A stretch of 63,971 nucleotides of DNA, the filler included, from Acidimicrobiia bacterium (GTDB lineage Bacteria; Actinomycetota; Acidimicrobiia; Spongiisociales; CAZKJJ01), in assembly GCA_046759765.1 (NCBI GenBank). It is 4 parts of 4 records of this genome, joined end to end, with 100 filler letters (N's around TTAATTAATTAA, not from the genome) between each part and the next. Parts side by side here need not be neighbours in the genome. Positions count along the whole stretch, not along the records: positions 18,548 to 36,626 come from JBHICV010000037.1; positions 36,727 to 54,663 come from JBHICV010000038.1; 2 more parts are not named here. The stretch is one strand, 5' to 3'. Of the stretch, positions 29,247 through 39,722 are shown piece by piece (positions within the stretch are counted from its first letter, which is position 1; every line of letters begins with the position of its first letter). Made by a program: the position numbers and the translations under genes. Below the pieces are notes generated by a model. It was given only the letters and a program-made list of their open reading frames with translations. It was not told the origin of the DNA and did no database searches.

Positions 29247-30652
29247 CCGACCGCTCCGGCTTCAGCCATATTCAGCTCCACCAGCCGGTTCAGCTCAACT
29301 GCGTACTCCATGGGCAGCTCGCGCACAATCGGCTCGATGAACCCGGCCACGATCATGGACGTCGCTTCGTCCTCGGAAAGACCCCGGCTCATCAAGTAGA
29401 AGAGCTGATCCTCCCCGACCTTGGAGACGGTGGCCTCGTGGCCGATCTGGGCATCCGACTCTTCGATTTCCATGTACGGGTAGGTGTCTGATCGGGACTT
29501 GTCGTCGAGTATGAGGGCATCGCATCGGACGAACGCCCGCGTGTCGGAGGCGCCCTCCTCGACGCGCACGAGACCCCGATAGCCAGCCCGACCCCCGGCC
29601 CGCGAAATCGACTTCGAAACGATCGTCGAGGTCGTATGAGGCGCGGCGTGAACCATCTTGGCTCCGGCATCCTGATGCTGACCCTCGCCCGCATAGGCGA
29701 TCGACAAAACCTCGCCATGCGCGCCCGGCTCCATCAGCCATACCGCCGGGTACTTCATGGTGAGACGCGACCCAATGTTGCCGTCGATCCACTCCATCGT
29801 TGCGTCCCGGTATGCGGCCGCACGCTTGGTGACCAAGTTGAAGACGTTGTTCGACCAGTTCTGGATGGTCGTGTAGCGGCAGCGTGCCCCGGGCTTGACC
29901 ACGATCTCCACCACCGCAGAGTGGAGTGAGTCGGTGGTGTAAACGGGAGCGCTGCAGCCTTCCACATAATGCACGTACGCCCCCTCATCGACGATGATCA
30001 ATGTTCGCTCGAACTGGCCCATGTTCTCGGAGTTGATGCGGAAGTAGGCCTGGAGCGGCTGCGACACATGGACACCGGGCGGCACATAGATGAAGGAGCC
30101 GCCACTCCATACGGCCGAGTTGAGCGCCGCGAACTTGTTGTCGTTAGGCGGGATGATCGTCCCGAAGTACTCCTTGACCATCTCCGGGTGCTCCCGAACG
30201 GCCGTGTCGGTGTCCATGAACAGGACACCCAGCTCCTCGAGGTCCTCACGGTTGCGGTGGTAAACCACCTCTGACTCGTACTGAGCCGTCACCCCGGCGA
30301 GGAACTTCCGCTCCGCTTCTGGGATCCCGAGCTTCTCATAGGTGTCCTTGATCGACTCCGGCACCATGTCCCACGACTCAGCTTGCTCATCCATGGGCTT
30401 GATGTAGTAGTAGATATCGTCGAAGTCGATCTCGGTGAGCTTGCCTCCACCTCCCCAGGTAGGAATGGGTTTGCGCAGGAATCGCTGGTACGCCTTCAGC
30501 CGGAACTGGAGCATCCAGTCGGGCTCGCCTTTCATGAGCGACATCTCACGGATGATCTCCTCGGACAGCCCTTTCTTGGGCTTGAAGACGTAATCGACGT
30601 CGTCGTGCCAACCGAGCTCGTACGCCCCGAGATCTATGTCAACTGTCGCCAT
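29243..30652 (-). CDS. sufB: SufB
   Basis: [26 protein letters not shown] and HEATVSK. Confidence 0.97.
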   Translation of the reverse strand: MATVDIDLGAYELGWHDDVDYVFKPKKGLSEEIIREMSLMKGEPDWMLQFRLKAYQRFLRKPIPTWGGGGKLTEIDFDDIYYYIKPMDEQAESWDMVPESIKDTYEKLGIPEAERKFLAGVTAQYESEVVYHRNREDLEELGVLFMDTDTAVREHPEMVKEYFGTIIPPNDNKFAALNSAVWSGGSFIYVPPGVHVSQPLQAYFRINSENMGQFERTLIIVDEGAYVHYVEGCSAPVYTTDSLHSAVVEIVVKPGARCRYTTIQNWSNNVFNLVTKRAAAYRDATMEWIDGNIGSRLTMKYPAVWLMEPGAHGEVLSIAYAGEGQHQDAGAKMVHAAPHTTSTIVSKSISRAGGRAGYRGLVRVEEGASDTRAFVRCDALILDDKSRSDTYPYMEIEESDAQIGHEATVSKVGEDQLFYLMSRGLSEDEATSMIVAGFIEPIVRELPMEYAVELNRLVELNMAEAGAVG

Positions 30653-30744
30653 ATCTAATTTCCACTATAGAGATGTTGTAATTGTACAGCCGTCTTCAGC
30701 GCCTCCGGCTTGCAACGCTTGCCGGCGGGCTCGAAACTCGGTTC

Positions 30745-31206
30745 ATGCCGGTTCTCGTCGTGGGCGCTGACACCCCAGTTGGGCAAGAGATTGTCACCGA
30801 GCTGCTCGACCGGGAGGGAGACGTGCGCACATTCGTCAGCGACCCCGCGGCCGGGGAGTCATTCAAGCAGCGGGGCGCCAAAGTAGCCGTCGGTGACCCA
30901 TCCGACGACTCACACATCGAAGGAGCCGCCACCCAGGCTTTTTCCGCGGTGATGATCACGGGCTGCCTGAGGGACGGACGGGAGCTGTCATTTGCCGAGT
31001 CCCCGGACGCGGTCATGGACCGCTGGGCTCAGGCTCTTCGCTCTGCCAAGGTCCGGCGGGTTATCTGGGTCCTGGATCCGGAGACGACTCTCGACTCATC
31101 CTGGGCCGCGGCCACGCCGGAGCACTCCGTCCTTCACGAAGGTGAGCGGTCCGCCGCCGCTCTCGCCAAAGAAGTGGCTCTCCTCGACGAAGCCACGAGC
31201 CTCTGA
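30745..31206 (+). CDS. NAD(P)-binding NmrA-like protein
   Basis: N-terminal VLVVGADTPVG Rossmann-like start. Confidence 0.6.
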   Translation: MPVLVVGADTPVGQEIVTELLDREGDVRTFVSDPAAGESFKQRGAKVAVGDPSDDSHIEGAATQAFSAVMITGCLRDGRELSFAESPDAVMDRWAQALRSAKVRRVIWVLDPETTLDSSWAAATPEHSVLHEGERSAAALAKEVALLDEATSL

Positions 31207-31250
31207 GCGAGAGTCGGCGCGTCCTAGTTGAATGCTGCGCTGAGGCTGAG

Positions 31251-31601
31251 ATGAACACACACGCCGAGGTCGACAACTGGTTCGCGGAGTATGAGCATCC
31301 GCAGAGGGACGCAATGCTGTTGGTGCGAGAGATCATCCTCTCCGACGACCGCATGACCGAGGCGATCAAGTGGAGCAGCCCCACCTTCATTTACGAAGGG
31401 AACATGGCCAGCTTCAACCCTCGCACCAAAGCCCACGTCAGCTTGATGTTCCACACCGGCGCCTCGATCCCAGGTGATCATCCCCGCCTCGAAGGCGGCG
31501 GAGAGGTTGCCCGATACATGAAGTTCTCCGATCTGGAGGACGTCGAAGGCGCCCGGGCGGACCTAGAGAGGATCACCGCCGCCTGGTGTGACAGCCGCTG
31601 A
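31251..31601 (+). CDS. DUF1801 domain protein
   Basis: EAIKWSSPTF...LMFHTGA. Confidence 0.75.
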   Translation: MNTHAEVDNWFAEYEHPQRDAMLLVREIILSDDRMTEAIKWSSPTFIYEGNMASFNPRTKAHVSLMFHTGASIPGDHPRLEGGGEVARYMKFSDLEDVEGARADLERITAAWCDSR

Positions 31602-31605
31602 CCCG

Positions 31606-31714
31606 GTTTTGGTGACGACAATCCACCGTATAGGTGAGTGAGCGTCACAAAAACGAAGAGGCACCGTTTTGGTGACGGCAATCCACCGTATAGGTGAGTG
31701 AGCGTCACAAGAAC
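31606..31714. repeat. Two tandem copies of a 49-bp palindromic element (60-bp period)
   Basis: GTTTTGGTGACGRCAATCCACCGTATAGGTGAGTGAGCGTCACAARAAC at 31606 and 31666. Confidence 0.9.
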
Positions 31715-31765
31715 CTATAACCGCTTCGCCGACTTGCCCTCCGGGTAGTCTCGCCACGGTCGGAA

Positions 31766-32623
31766 ATGGGCACCGAAACCGCGTCCTTTGGCACCGGTAA
31801 GCGCGAAAGCCACGACGCTTCGCGCTTCTACGGACGCGGGTTGGTGACCATCACGGAGACCGACGACACGACTGTCGCCGAGAGTCCGGTCCGCGATGAG
31901 ATCTTCTGCCAGTCGGCCACCTCGATGGACCAGCTGGTCGACAACAGCGTGGCGCTGATGATCACGTCACCCCCCTACCACGTGGGCAAGGAGTACGACT
32001 CCGACGCCTCCTTTGGTGAGTATCTCGACTTGCTCACCGAGGTCTTCGCCGAGACGCATCGCGTCCTGGAGCCGGGAGGACGGGCCGTCATCAACGTGGC
32101 CAACCTCGGCCGAAGGCCTTACGTGCCGCTGTCGCATCTCGTCACGCAGAGGCTGCTCGGACTGGGCTTCTTCATGCGGGGCGAAATCATCTGGCGCAAG
32201 GGGCGCGGGGCCAACGGCAACTGTGCCTGGGGAAGCTGGCGGTCACCCGCCAATCCAGTGGTCCGGGACGTACACGAATACTGCCTCGTGTTCTCCAAGG
32301 GCCGGTTCGGTCGCGCCCACAAGGGGACCGCCACGATCTCCGCGGAGGACTTCATGGCCTCGACGCTCTCGGTCTGGGAGATTCCCTCGGAGTCTGCGAG
32401 CCGCGTGAAGCATCCCGCTCCTTTCCCGGTCGAGCTGCCAAGGCGATTCATCGAGCTCTACACCTTCGAGGAAGAGCTGGTGCTCGATCCGTTCATGGGA
32501 AGCGGAACGACCGCGGTGGCGGCGCTCCAGACGGACCGGCATTACGTCGGCTACGAGATCGACCCTGACTACATCCAGACAGCTGCTGACCGGATCAGGA
32601 AGGCCATACCTCAGCGCGCCTGA
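31766..32623 (+). CDS. Beta-class amino (N4C/N6A) DNA methyltransferase, orphan
   Basis: TSPPY (motif IV) precedes HPAPFP and DPFMGSGTT (motif I). Confidence 0.9.
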   Translation: MGTETASFGTGKRESHDASRFYGRGLVTITETDDTTVAESPVRDEIFCQSATSMDQLVDNSVALMITSPPYHVGKEYDSDASFGEYLDLLTEVFAETHRVLEPGGRAVINVANLGRRPYVPLSHLVTQRLLGLGFFMRGEIIWRKGRGANGNCAWGSWRSPANPVVRDVHEYCLVFSKGRFGRAHKGTATISAEDFMASTLSVWEIPSESASRVKHPAPFPVELPRRFIELYTFEEELVLDPFMGSGTTAVAALQTDRHYVGYEIDPDYIQTAADRIRKAIPQRA

Positions 32624-32645
32624 ACCAGCGAACGTATCGTTACGC

Positions 32646-33680
32646 ATGATGGAGGCTCGGGCTCTTCGCTTTCACGGCGTCGGGGATCTTCGCGACGAAT
32701 ACGTAGAGCTCAACCCGCTCGATGCCGGTGAGGTTCTGATCGGCGTCGAAGCTTGCGGGGTGTGCGGCTCGGACTATCACTTCCTCGACGGGTCCGCCAG
32801 GACCGGCCAACTTCCGGTCACGTTGGGACATGAGATAGCCGGAGTGGTGATCTCCTCACGCGATCGTTTTTGGGAGCCTGGCGACGAGGTCGTCGTTGCA
32901 GCCGGCGTCACCTGCGGAGAGTGTCGAATGTGCAGTGACGACCGGGAGGACCTCTGCGAGCGGCTCTTGATGACTGGCATCGACTTCGACGGAGGTCTCG
33001 CCTCCCACGTCATCGTGCCGAGTACCGCGCTGATGGCCCGCCCGTCCAATCTGATACCCGAAGTCGCCGCGACGGCGGTTGATGCCGGCGCTACGGCCTA
33101 TCACGCCGCGGTGTGCAAAGCGGGAGTTCGCGATGGCGATTCGGTCTTGGTGATAGGCGCCGGCGGGCTCGGCTCCTTCGCGATACAGATCGCTAAGAGT
33201 AAGGGGGCCGCGCCCGTCATCGCAGCCGATCGAGATGAGGCCGCGCTGGACCGGGCGGAAAGGCTCGGAGCTGACGAAGTCATTCTGGTGGAAGCCGGCA
33301 CCTCGGTCGGCAGAACCGCAAAGCTGATGACCAACGGCGGGGTCGACGTTGCACTCGAGTTCGTCGGCCGGGCCGCCACCGTGGATGCGGCCGTCAAGTC
33401 ACTGCGGCCCGGAAGCGCGGCCATCGTGGCCGGGATAGGCCGCGAACCGCTGGTGACCTTGCCTCCGGTCCTTTGGGCCACGAATGAATACGCGCTAGTG
33501 GGGTCCTTCGGTAGTCATCGGCGCGACGCCGAGAAGGTACTCGCGCTGCTGGCGGACGGATCCCTCGAGACCCCGTCGATCGAGACCGTGCCAGCCGACT
33601 CTGCGCTCGACCGGATTCTTGCGGCTGCCTCAGGTCAGAGCCTGCCGCAGGGACGCCTCATCGTTCACTTCGGGAGCTAA
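32646..33680 (+). CDS. Zinc-dependent alcohol dehydrogenase
   Basis: CGSD, GHE, C..C..C.......C and GAGGLG. Confidence 0.9.
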   Translation: MMEARALRFHGVGDLRDEYVELNPLDAGEVLIGVEACGVCGSDYHFLDGSARTGQLPVTLGHEIAGVVISSRDRFWEPGDEVVVAAGVTCGECRMCSDDREDLCERLLMTGIDFDGGLASHVIVPSTALMARPSNLIPEVAATAVDAGATAYHAAVCKAGVRDGDSVLVIGAGGLGSFAIQIAKSKGAAPVIAADRDEAALDRAERLGADEVILVEAGTSVGRTAKLMTNGGVDVALEFVGRAATVDAAVKSLRPGSAAIVAGIGREPLVTLPPVLWATNEYALVGSFGSHRRDAEKVLALLADGSLETPSIETVPADSALDRILAAASGQSLPQGRLIVHFGS

Positions 33681-35453
33681 TCGACCGGTTCGCTCCCAAG
33701 AATCGCGAAGCCGGGCGTAAGGCCCGCCGGCACCACCGAGCTCTTCCGGCGTACCTTGTTCAACGATGCGCCCGCCTTCGACGACTAGGACGCGGTCGGC
33801 TCGCTCGGCGGTTCTGATCCGGTGAGCGATGACGATCGCGGTTCTGCCCGCGAGTAGAGCTCGGAGAGCGGCATCAATCCTGGCTTCTGTACCGGGATCG
33901 AGGTTGGATGTGGCCTCGTCCAAGACGATCACTGCGGGGGCTGCCGCCAGAGCTCTCGCCAGCGAAACAAGCTGCCGTTCCCCGGCCGACAGCCTGCTCC
34001 CACGCTCTCGCACATCGGTGTCCAGTCGCTCCGGCAGGGACCTGACCCAGTCGGAAATACCTATGCGCTCGCAGACGTCCCATAACTCGTCGTCGCTCAT
34101 GTCCGGGCGGGCATAGCGGAGGTTGTCGCGCAACGAGCCGCTGAACAGAAATCCCTCCTGCGGGACGAGCGCCACGGTTCGACGCAGGCTTTCGAGGCTC
34201 GCTTCTCTCAAATCCACACCATCCACCGTTACCTCGCCGGAGTCCGGGTCGTAGAACCGGACTGCGAGCTTCGCCAGGGTGCTTTTGCCGGCCCCGGTCT
34301 CACCTACCAGGGCGACACGCTCGCCCGCCGCTACCGAGAGGTCGATGTCCTGCAGGACCGGTACTCCCTCGTCGTAAGAGAAATCAACGCTCTCCATTCC
34401 GATCACACCCTCCGAGCTGCTGACATCGGTGCCGGGCAGTAGCTCACGCACTGCGGGACGCTGGTCCAGGATCTCGAAGAGTTTGGACAGCGCTGCCAGC
34501 GCCGCCTGCTGCAAGTTGTAAACGTTTGACAGTTGCACGATCGGCTCGAAGAACCAGGCCAGATAGAGAAGAAACGCCACCATGGTTCCGAACGACATCG
34601 ATCCGTCGAGGACCATCGTTCCGCCCACCAGGAGAACGAGCGCCGTTCCGATGGTGGCGAGGAAGTCGACGGCCGGGAAATAAAAGGAGATTGCTTTCGC
34701 GGCCTGCACGTTGGCGTCGTAATAGGCCTGGTTGACTCGACCGAACGTACCGGCTTGTGCCTCTTCCTGGGTGTAGGCCTGGACAACACGTACGCCGGTG
34801 ATTCCTTCCTGCAACGTTCCCAGTACCCGCCCGATCTGCTCCCGGATTGCCTGATAAGCACGGTCTGCGTAGACACGGAAGACCGCCGAAACGGCTACCA
34901 GTAGCGGAAGGAGAGAGAGGACCACGAGAGCGAGCTTGACGTCGACGAAGAGCATGGCGATCGCAACCCCGACGACCGTGAGGGTGTTCGTTATGACTGT
35001 GACGGCGCCCTCGTTGGCGTACTCGGTGAGTGCTTCGATGTCTGATGTCATCCTCGATACCAGGACACCGGTCTTCGACCGCGAGAAGAAGTCGATGTCG
35101 AGGCTCATGAGATGACGAAACACTCGCACCCTCAGGTCGGCCAGGTAGCGCTCGCCCACCCATCCCACGAGGAACAGAGATAGTCGCTGTGTGACGTATT
35201 GACCGACGAACAACCCCAGATACACGACGGCCGCCGTTGTGACGAGACCCGCGTTGCCTTCGGCGATGCCGTCGTCGATACCGGCTCGAACGACCAATGG
35301 CCCGGCCAGCCGGGCCAGAGTGGCGAGTATCGTTGCGGCAAGGCCTCCAACCGCAGGCCACAGAAGGTGGCGGCCCAGGCCGGCCGCTCGCCGCAGCAGC
35401 CGAAAGGGTCGCTCGACCCGGTTCTCGGCTCCACCGAACCGGGAGTACATCAT
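33630..35453 (-). CDS. ABC exporter, fused TMD-NBD
   Basis: GETGAGKS, LSAGERQ and LDEATS. Confidence 0.92.
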   Translation of the reverse strand: MMYSRFGGAENRVERPFRLLRRAAGLGRHLLWPAVGGLAATILATLARLAGPLVVRAGIDDGIAEGNAGLVTTAAVVYLGLFVGQYVTQRLSLFLVGWVGERYLADLRVRVFRHLMSLDIDFFSRSKTGVLVSRMTSDIEALTEYANEGAVTVITNTLTVVGVAIAMLFVDVKLALVVLSLLPLLVAVSAVFRVYADRAYQAIREQIGRVLGTLQEGITGVRVVQAYTQEEAQAGTFGRVNQAYYDANVQAAKAISFYFPAVDFLATIGTALVLLVGGTMVLDGSMSFGTMVAFLLYLAWFFEPIVQLSNVYNLQQAALAALSKLFEILDQRPAVRELLPGTDVSSSEGVIGMESVDFSYDEGVPVLQDIDLSVAAGERVALVGETGAGKSTLAKLAVRFYDPDSGEVTVDGVDLREASLESLRRTVALVPQEGFLFSGSLRDNLRYARPDMSDDELWDVCERIGISDWVRSLPERLDTDVRERGSRLSAGERQLVSLARALAAAPAVIVLDEATSNLDPGTEARIDAALRALLAGRTAIVIAHRIRTAERADRVLVVEGGRIVEQGTPEELGGAGGPYARLRDSWERTGRLAPEVNDEASLRQALT

Positions 35454-36626
35454 GGCTGCGCCATCTCCGAGATTCCCTCCTCGGCCAGCACCTCCGCGTA
35501 TCGGCGGCTGGTCGCAAGGAGCCGTTCGTGGGTAGCAAAGCCCGCCACCCGACCCTGATCGATGAAGACCACCCGGTCGGCGAGCTGCAACGTCGCTGGT
35601 CGGTGAGCGACGATCACGGTCGTGCGGCCTTCCATGACCTTCTCGAGCGAGGCCCGGATCTCCTGTTCGGTTACCGCATCGACCGACGAGGTGGCATCGT
35701 CGAGTATCAGGACGCGGGGATCTCTGAGAACCGCCCGCGCCAGCGCGATCCGCTGACGTTGCCCGCCCGAGAGGCTGTAGCCCCGCTCGCCGACCACGGT
35801 GTCGTACTCGTCGGGGAGCTCACTGATGAACTCGTGCGCCTGGGTGAGCCGGGCCGCCAGCCGGATCTGCTCTTCGGACGCGTCGGGAGCGCCGAAGGCG
35901 ATGTTCTCCGCGACCGACGCCGAGAACAGAAAGGTGTCCTGGAATACGATCGCCACCTCCTGCCGGAGGTCCTCAACGCGAACGGCTCTGATGTCTTGAC
36001 CGTCCATCAGAACCGTTCCTTGGGTGACGTCGTAGAAGCGCGGGATCAGGTAGGTGAGCGTTGACTTGCCCGACCCCGTGGCGCCCACTACTGCCACCGA
36101 CGTACCACCCGGAATCACCAGGTTCACGCCATTCAGGACGGGCGGGCCACCCGGGTAAGAGAACGAGACACCCGAAAGTCGAACCTCGCCCGGACCCTGG
36201 ACCAGTTGTTGGGGACGTTCTGGATCCTCGATCTCCGGATCGGTCGCCAGTAGATCCATGACCCTCACGGCGGCGGCAGAGGCCCTCGGCAGCTGAGCAA
36301 AGAACCAGCCGGTGATTCGCAGCGGAAACACGAGAACCTGCATGTACATGGTGAACGCAACGAAGTCGCCGATCGTCATGGCGCCCGAGATCACCCGGAT
36401 TCCGCCTGCCCAGAGCACGACGATCGTCGCCAGCGTCGGGATCAGGCCGAAAAGGGGCACATAGTTAGAGCTGTGCCTCAAAAGGCGGACCGCCGTCCGC
36501 CAGATCCGCTCGGCCACCCCGGCCACCTTCTCGACCTCGCCATCCTCCTGTCCGTACGCCTTGACCACCCGCACGCCGGCTACCGCCTCCTCGACGACCG
36601 TGGAGACGTCGGCGAGTCGCTGCTGC
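35450..36626 (-). CDS. ABC exporter, fused TMD-NBD (5' partial; likely heterodimer partner)
   Basis: GATGSGKS, LSGGQRQR and LDDATS. Confidence 0.9.
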
Positions 36627-36726
36627 NNNNNNNNNNNNNNNNNNNNNNNNNNNNNNNNNNNNNNNNNNNNTTAATTAATTAANNNNNNNNNNNNNNNNNN
36701 NNNNNNNNNNNNNNNNNNNNNNNNNN
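36627..36726. other. Artificial contig linker
   Basis: N44-TTAATTAATTAA-N44. Confidence 0.98.
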
Positions 36727-36956
36727 TCCGAGTTGGCTGGGCCTGCAGCCTTACGCGGCTCGCTCTAAACGACCGTATGCCAGATGAATGTCCGGTCCTC
36801 GAACGCTACGTCGAACCCACTGTCCGCCGCCACACGAGGGGAGAACTCTCGGTCGTAGGCACAGCAGTCAGTCACCTTCCCAAGTAAGAACCGCCGTTTT
36901 CCGTGCCACGGCAAATCTGATACCCTCCGCCGACGCCCGCACAACAAGGGGGATAA

Positions 36957-37250
36957 ATGAGAGGGATTCTGCGGTGGACATTTCGTCTGCTGTTCGTGGC
37001 TGCCGCTGCGATTGCGGTCTCCGCGCTCATCAACATGAAGCGTGAGTGGGAGCTCCTTACCGAGTCCGAGATCCGCGATCGCCTGGGGCAAAAGCTCGAT
37101 GGAAGAATCGCCGACGACCAGGTCGGCGTGATCCAGGACAGAGTCGTTACCTATCTCAAGGGTCCGTCGTTCGTGGACCAGGCGGTCACCACAACCGAAG
37201 AGGCCGTTTCCGATGTGGCGGAGTCGGCCGCCGAAGCGCTAGGCGACTAG
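36957..37250 (+). CDS. Small membrane-anchored hypothetical protein
   Basis: AAGGGGG RBS and an N-terminal hydrophobic helix. Confidence 0.6.
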   Translation: MRGILRWTFRLLFVAAAAIAVSALINMKREWELLTESEIRDRLGQKLDGRIADDQVGVIQDRVVTYLKGPSFVDQAVTTTEEAVSDVAESAAEALGD

Positions 37251-37333
37251 CGAGCTCGATTTTCAGCGACTCTGATGGGCGCTGCCGCGCGCCCAGAATG
37301 GCGGGAGGGTTTCTTTGTGGGAGCTGTCGCGGT

Positions 37334-39268
37334 CTAGAAGGCGACCCGCATCACAGTCACCTGCTCGTCTATCCCTTTGACGGACACCTGCTGGGGAGCC
37401 GACAGCTCTACCGCGTCGCCGAGCTCCGCTCCGAGCTCGGCGCTGACGACAATCTCGCCGCCGGTGGCGAGCGCTCCAATGCGGGCGGCCTTATGGACTT
37501 CCAAACCCGTCACCGTCTCTCCGGTTTCCGTGATCTCGGCGACATGGACTCCAATACGCACACTCGGCGCGAACCCGGCTTCGGTCCGATGGTCTTGCAG
37601 GGTTCGCTGGATCTCGACTGCGGCCTCGGCTGCCTGGGGACCAGAGGGAAATAGCACGAAGAAGCCGTCGCCGGAATGCTCCATTTCCCTCCCCTCGTGG
37701 GCGCCGAAGATCGAGCGCAGGGTCCGGTCGTGCCATGCGAGCAGGTGAGTCCAGGCGTCGTCGCCAATCGTGTCGATCAGGTCAGTAGAGCCGACGATGT
37801 CCGTAAACATCATCGCCTTCACGGCCCGCCTGGGCTCGAGTTTGGTTTCCGCTCCGAGCTCCTGGACACGGCGCAAGTCGAGGGTCGCTCCCAGCCGCTC
37901 GAATGCCGAACGCGCCGCGTCGATCTCCATTCCGGCCAGCGTGTCCGAGCCGTTTGCTCCGTAGGCCGTGCCAAGCTGCAGCCGAGCCCTGGCCGCCTCG
38001 TAGGGAAGGTCAGCTTCGCCCCATAGCCTCCAGGCTTCCTCGCTCTTTGCAATGGCGTCATCAAGCCCTCCTTGATGGAGGGCGAGCGCGCCTTCCGAGT
38101 GCGAAGCGGCTGCGTGAAGGGCGATCGAACCGAAATCGTCGGCGATAGTCCGTAGCTCGCTGGCGGCGGATTCCGCCGCCTCGAAGTCGTCAGCGGCTAG
38201 AGCGACCTCGACCTTGGCCGGCAGGAGCTTGGCGCGCTCCAGGGTGATCAGTGACTCGTCGGCGAGCGCGCGGTCGATGAGCTGCCTGGCCCCGTCTAAA
38301 TCCCCTGACGTGAGCCGGAGGAGCGCCAGACCTGGCTGCGGTGACTGCCCCAACTCGTTTGCCTGGCGAAATGCGTCTTCCGCCCCGGCGAGGTCGCCGG
38401 TCCTCAACCGGACCTCGCCGATTTCGCGGAAGCCCACGCCGGCGAAGTCGAGGAAGTCGCTGAGCTCCGAGCATGCCTTCTCGGCTTCGTTCTCGGCCTC
38501 GCTCCATCGACCGCGGAGGCGCATGATCTCGGCCCTCTTGACCCGGCAGATTCCAGGAAAACCGGAGTCATGGCCGACGCGCTCGCACCACCGTCTGGCG
38601 GCCTCGTCCCATTCGCCGGCCCGTCGGTAGTCAGCGAGCTTCTCGCAAATGTCGATCATGTTGCAGTAGATGCGTCCAGTCGCTTCGGCTCCGAGATCAC
38701 CTGCGACCGCGGCGACCATGGCCTCCTCCATCAGGCCCATCCCCTCCTGCGTTTCACCGGCCGCCACGAGCACCCTGCCCTGGTCGTGGAGGCTCAGCGC
38801 CTGCAAATCCCGGTCACCGCTACTGGTCGCGAGCTCGGCTGCGGTCTTGGCCCACTCCATCGCTTCGGTCAGCTCCCCTTTCGCCTCGAATGCGATGACG
38901 GCTCTGACGCGAGTAAGCCACGCATACTCCGGGGTTTCCGGCTGGTCCTCCAGCAGACGCTCGGCACGTGAGAGCCAACCGCTTCCCACGGATTCGGAGA
39001 GGCGATGGAAGTAGTCCTCGGCGAGACGGATGCTGACTCGTCCGGCTTTGGCCGTCTTGCCGTTCTCCATATACCCGGCGTAAGCGCGCTCGCGCGCGTC
39101 GATCGATGCGTCTATCTGGCCAAGCCACCAAGCGGCCTCACCCAGGCGGTCGAGGTCCTCTGGTCCGAGTGGCTCTTCCTTGTCAATCGCGGTGAGTCGC
39201 TCGAAGGCTTCCGCCCATGCGTGCCGGCCCAGCGCCTCCCGTGCCTCAACGAGGGCAGCGTTGCTCAT
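37334..39268 (-). CDS. TPR-like helical repeats + C-terminal class III nucleotide cyclase domain
   Basis: MFTDIVGST, GDGF, VRIGVH and VHKAARI. Confidence 0.85.
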   Translation of the reverse strand: MSNAALVEAREALGRHAWAEAFERLTAIDKEEPLGPEDLDRLGEAAWWLGQIDASIDARERAYAGYMENGKTAKAGRVSIRLAEDYFHRLSESVGSGWLSRAERLLEDQPETPEYAWLTRVRAVIAFEAKGELTEAMEWAKTAAELATSSGDRDLQALSLHDQGRVLVAAGETQEGMGLMEEAMVAAVAGDLGAEATGRIYCNMIDICEKLADYRRAGEWDEAARRWCERVGHDSGFPGICRVKRAEIMRLRGRWSEAENEAEKACSELSDFLDFAGVGFREIGEVRLRTGDLAGAEDAFRQANELGQSPQPGLALLRLTSGDLDGARQLIDRALADESLITLERAKLLPAKVEVALAADDFEAAESAASELRTIADDFGSIALHAAASHSEGALALHQGGLDDAIAKSEEAWRLWGEADLPYEAARARLQLGTAYGANGSDTLAGMEIDAARSAFERLGATLDLRRVQELGAETKLEPRRAVKAMMFTDIVGSTDLIDTIGDDAWTHLLAWHDRTLRSIFGAHEGREMEHSGDGFFVLFPSGPQAAEAAVEIQRTLQDHRTEAGFAPSVRIGVHVAEITETGETVTGLEVHKAARIGALATGGEIVVSAELGAELGDAVELSAPQQVSVKGIDEQVTVMRVAF

Positions 39269-39326
39269 TGCGAAGCGATTCTGTCACCGCACACTCTGAT
39301 GCACAAGGTGCGAGTACCGTTGGACG

Positions 39327-39722
39327 GTGGCTGAAAAGAGATTGACCGTCGACAACCTCCTGGCCGAGGCGCGTGAGCAGATCGACAGGCTGACGCCGGA
39401 GGAGGCCGCGGCGGAAATTGACGCCGGGGCTCTCTTGGTCGACACGCGATGCGACGAGGATCGCATCAACGAAGGCGTGATTGCAGAGTCGATCCATATA
39501 CCGCGGACGGTGCTGGAGTGGAGGGCCGATCCTGCTTCCGAATACCGCGACGAGCGCGTCGCTGATCTCGAAGCCCGGCTCATACTGATGTGCAACGACG
39601 GCTACTCGTCGAGCCTGGCGGCGGCGAACCTGGTCCGATTGGGTTTCGAGAGCGTTGCCGACCTCGACGGGGGCTACCGGGGCTGGGTCGAGGCGGGGGA
39701 GCCAATCGAGCGGCTGGGTTAG
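39327..39722 (+). CDS. Single-domain rhodanese
   Basis: LVDTR, LMCNDGYSSSLAA and DLDGGYRGW. Confidence 0.85.
   Translation: MAEKRLTVDNLLAEAREQIDRLTPEEAAAEIDAGALLVDTRCDEDRINEGVIAESIHIPRTVLEWRADPASEYRDERVADLEARLILMCNDGYSSSLAAANLVRLGFESVADLDGGYRGWVEAGEPIERLG

Noticed and set aside
31606..31714. Possible mini-CRISPR array
   Set aside because: Only two 49-bp units with an 11-bp gap and no cas genes; a palindromic dispersed repeat fits better.
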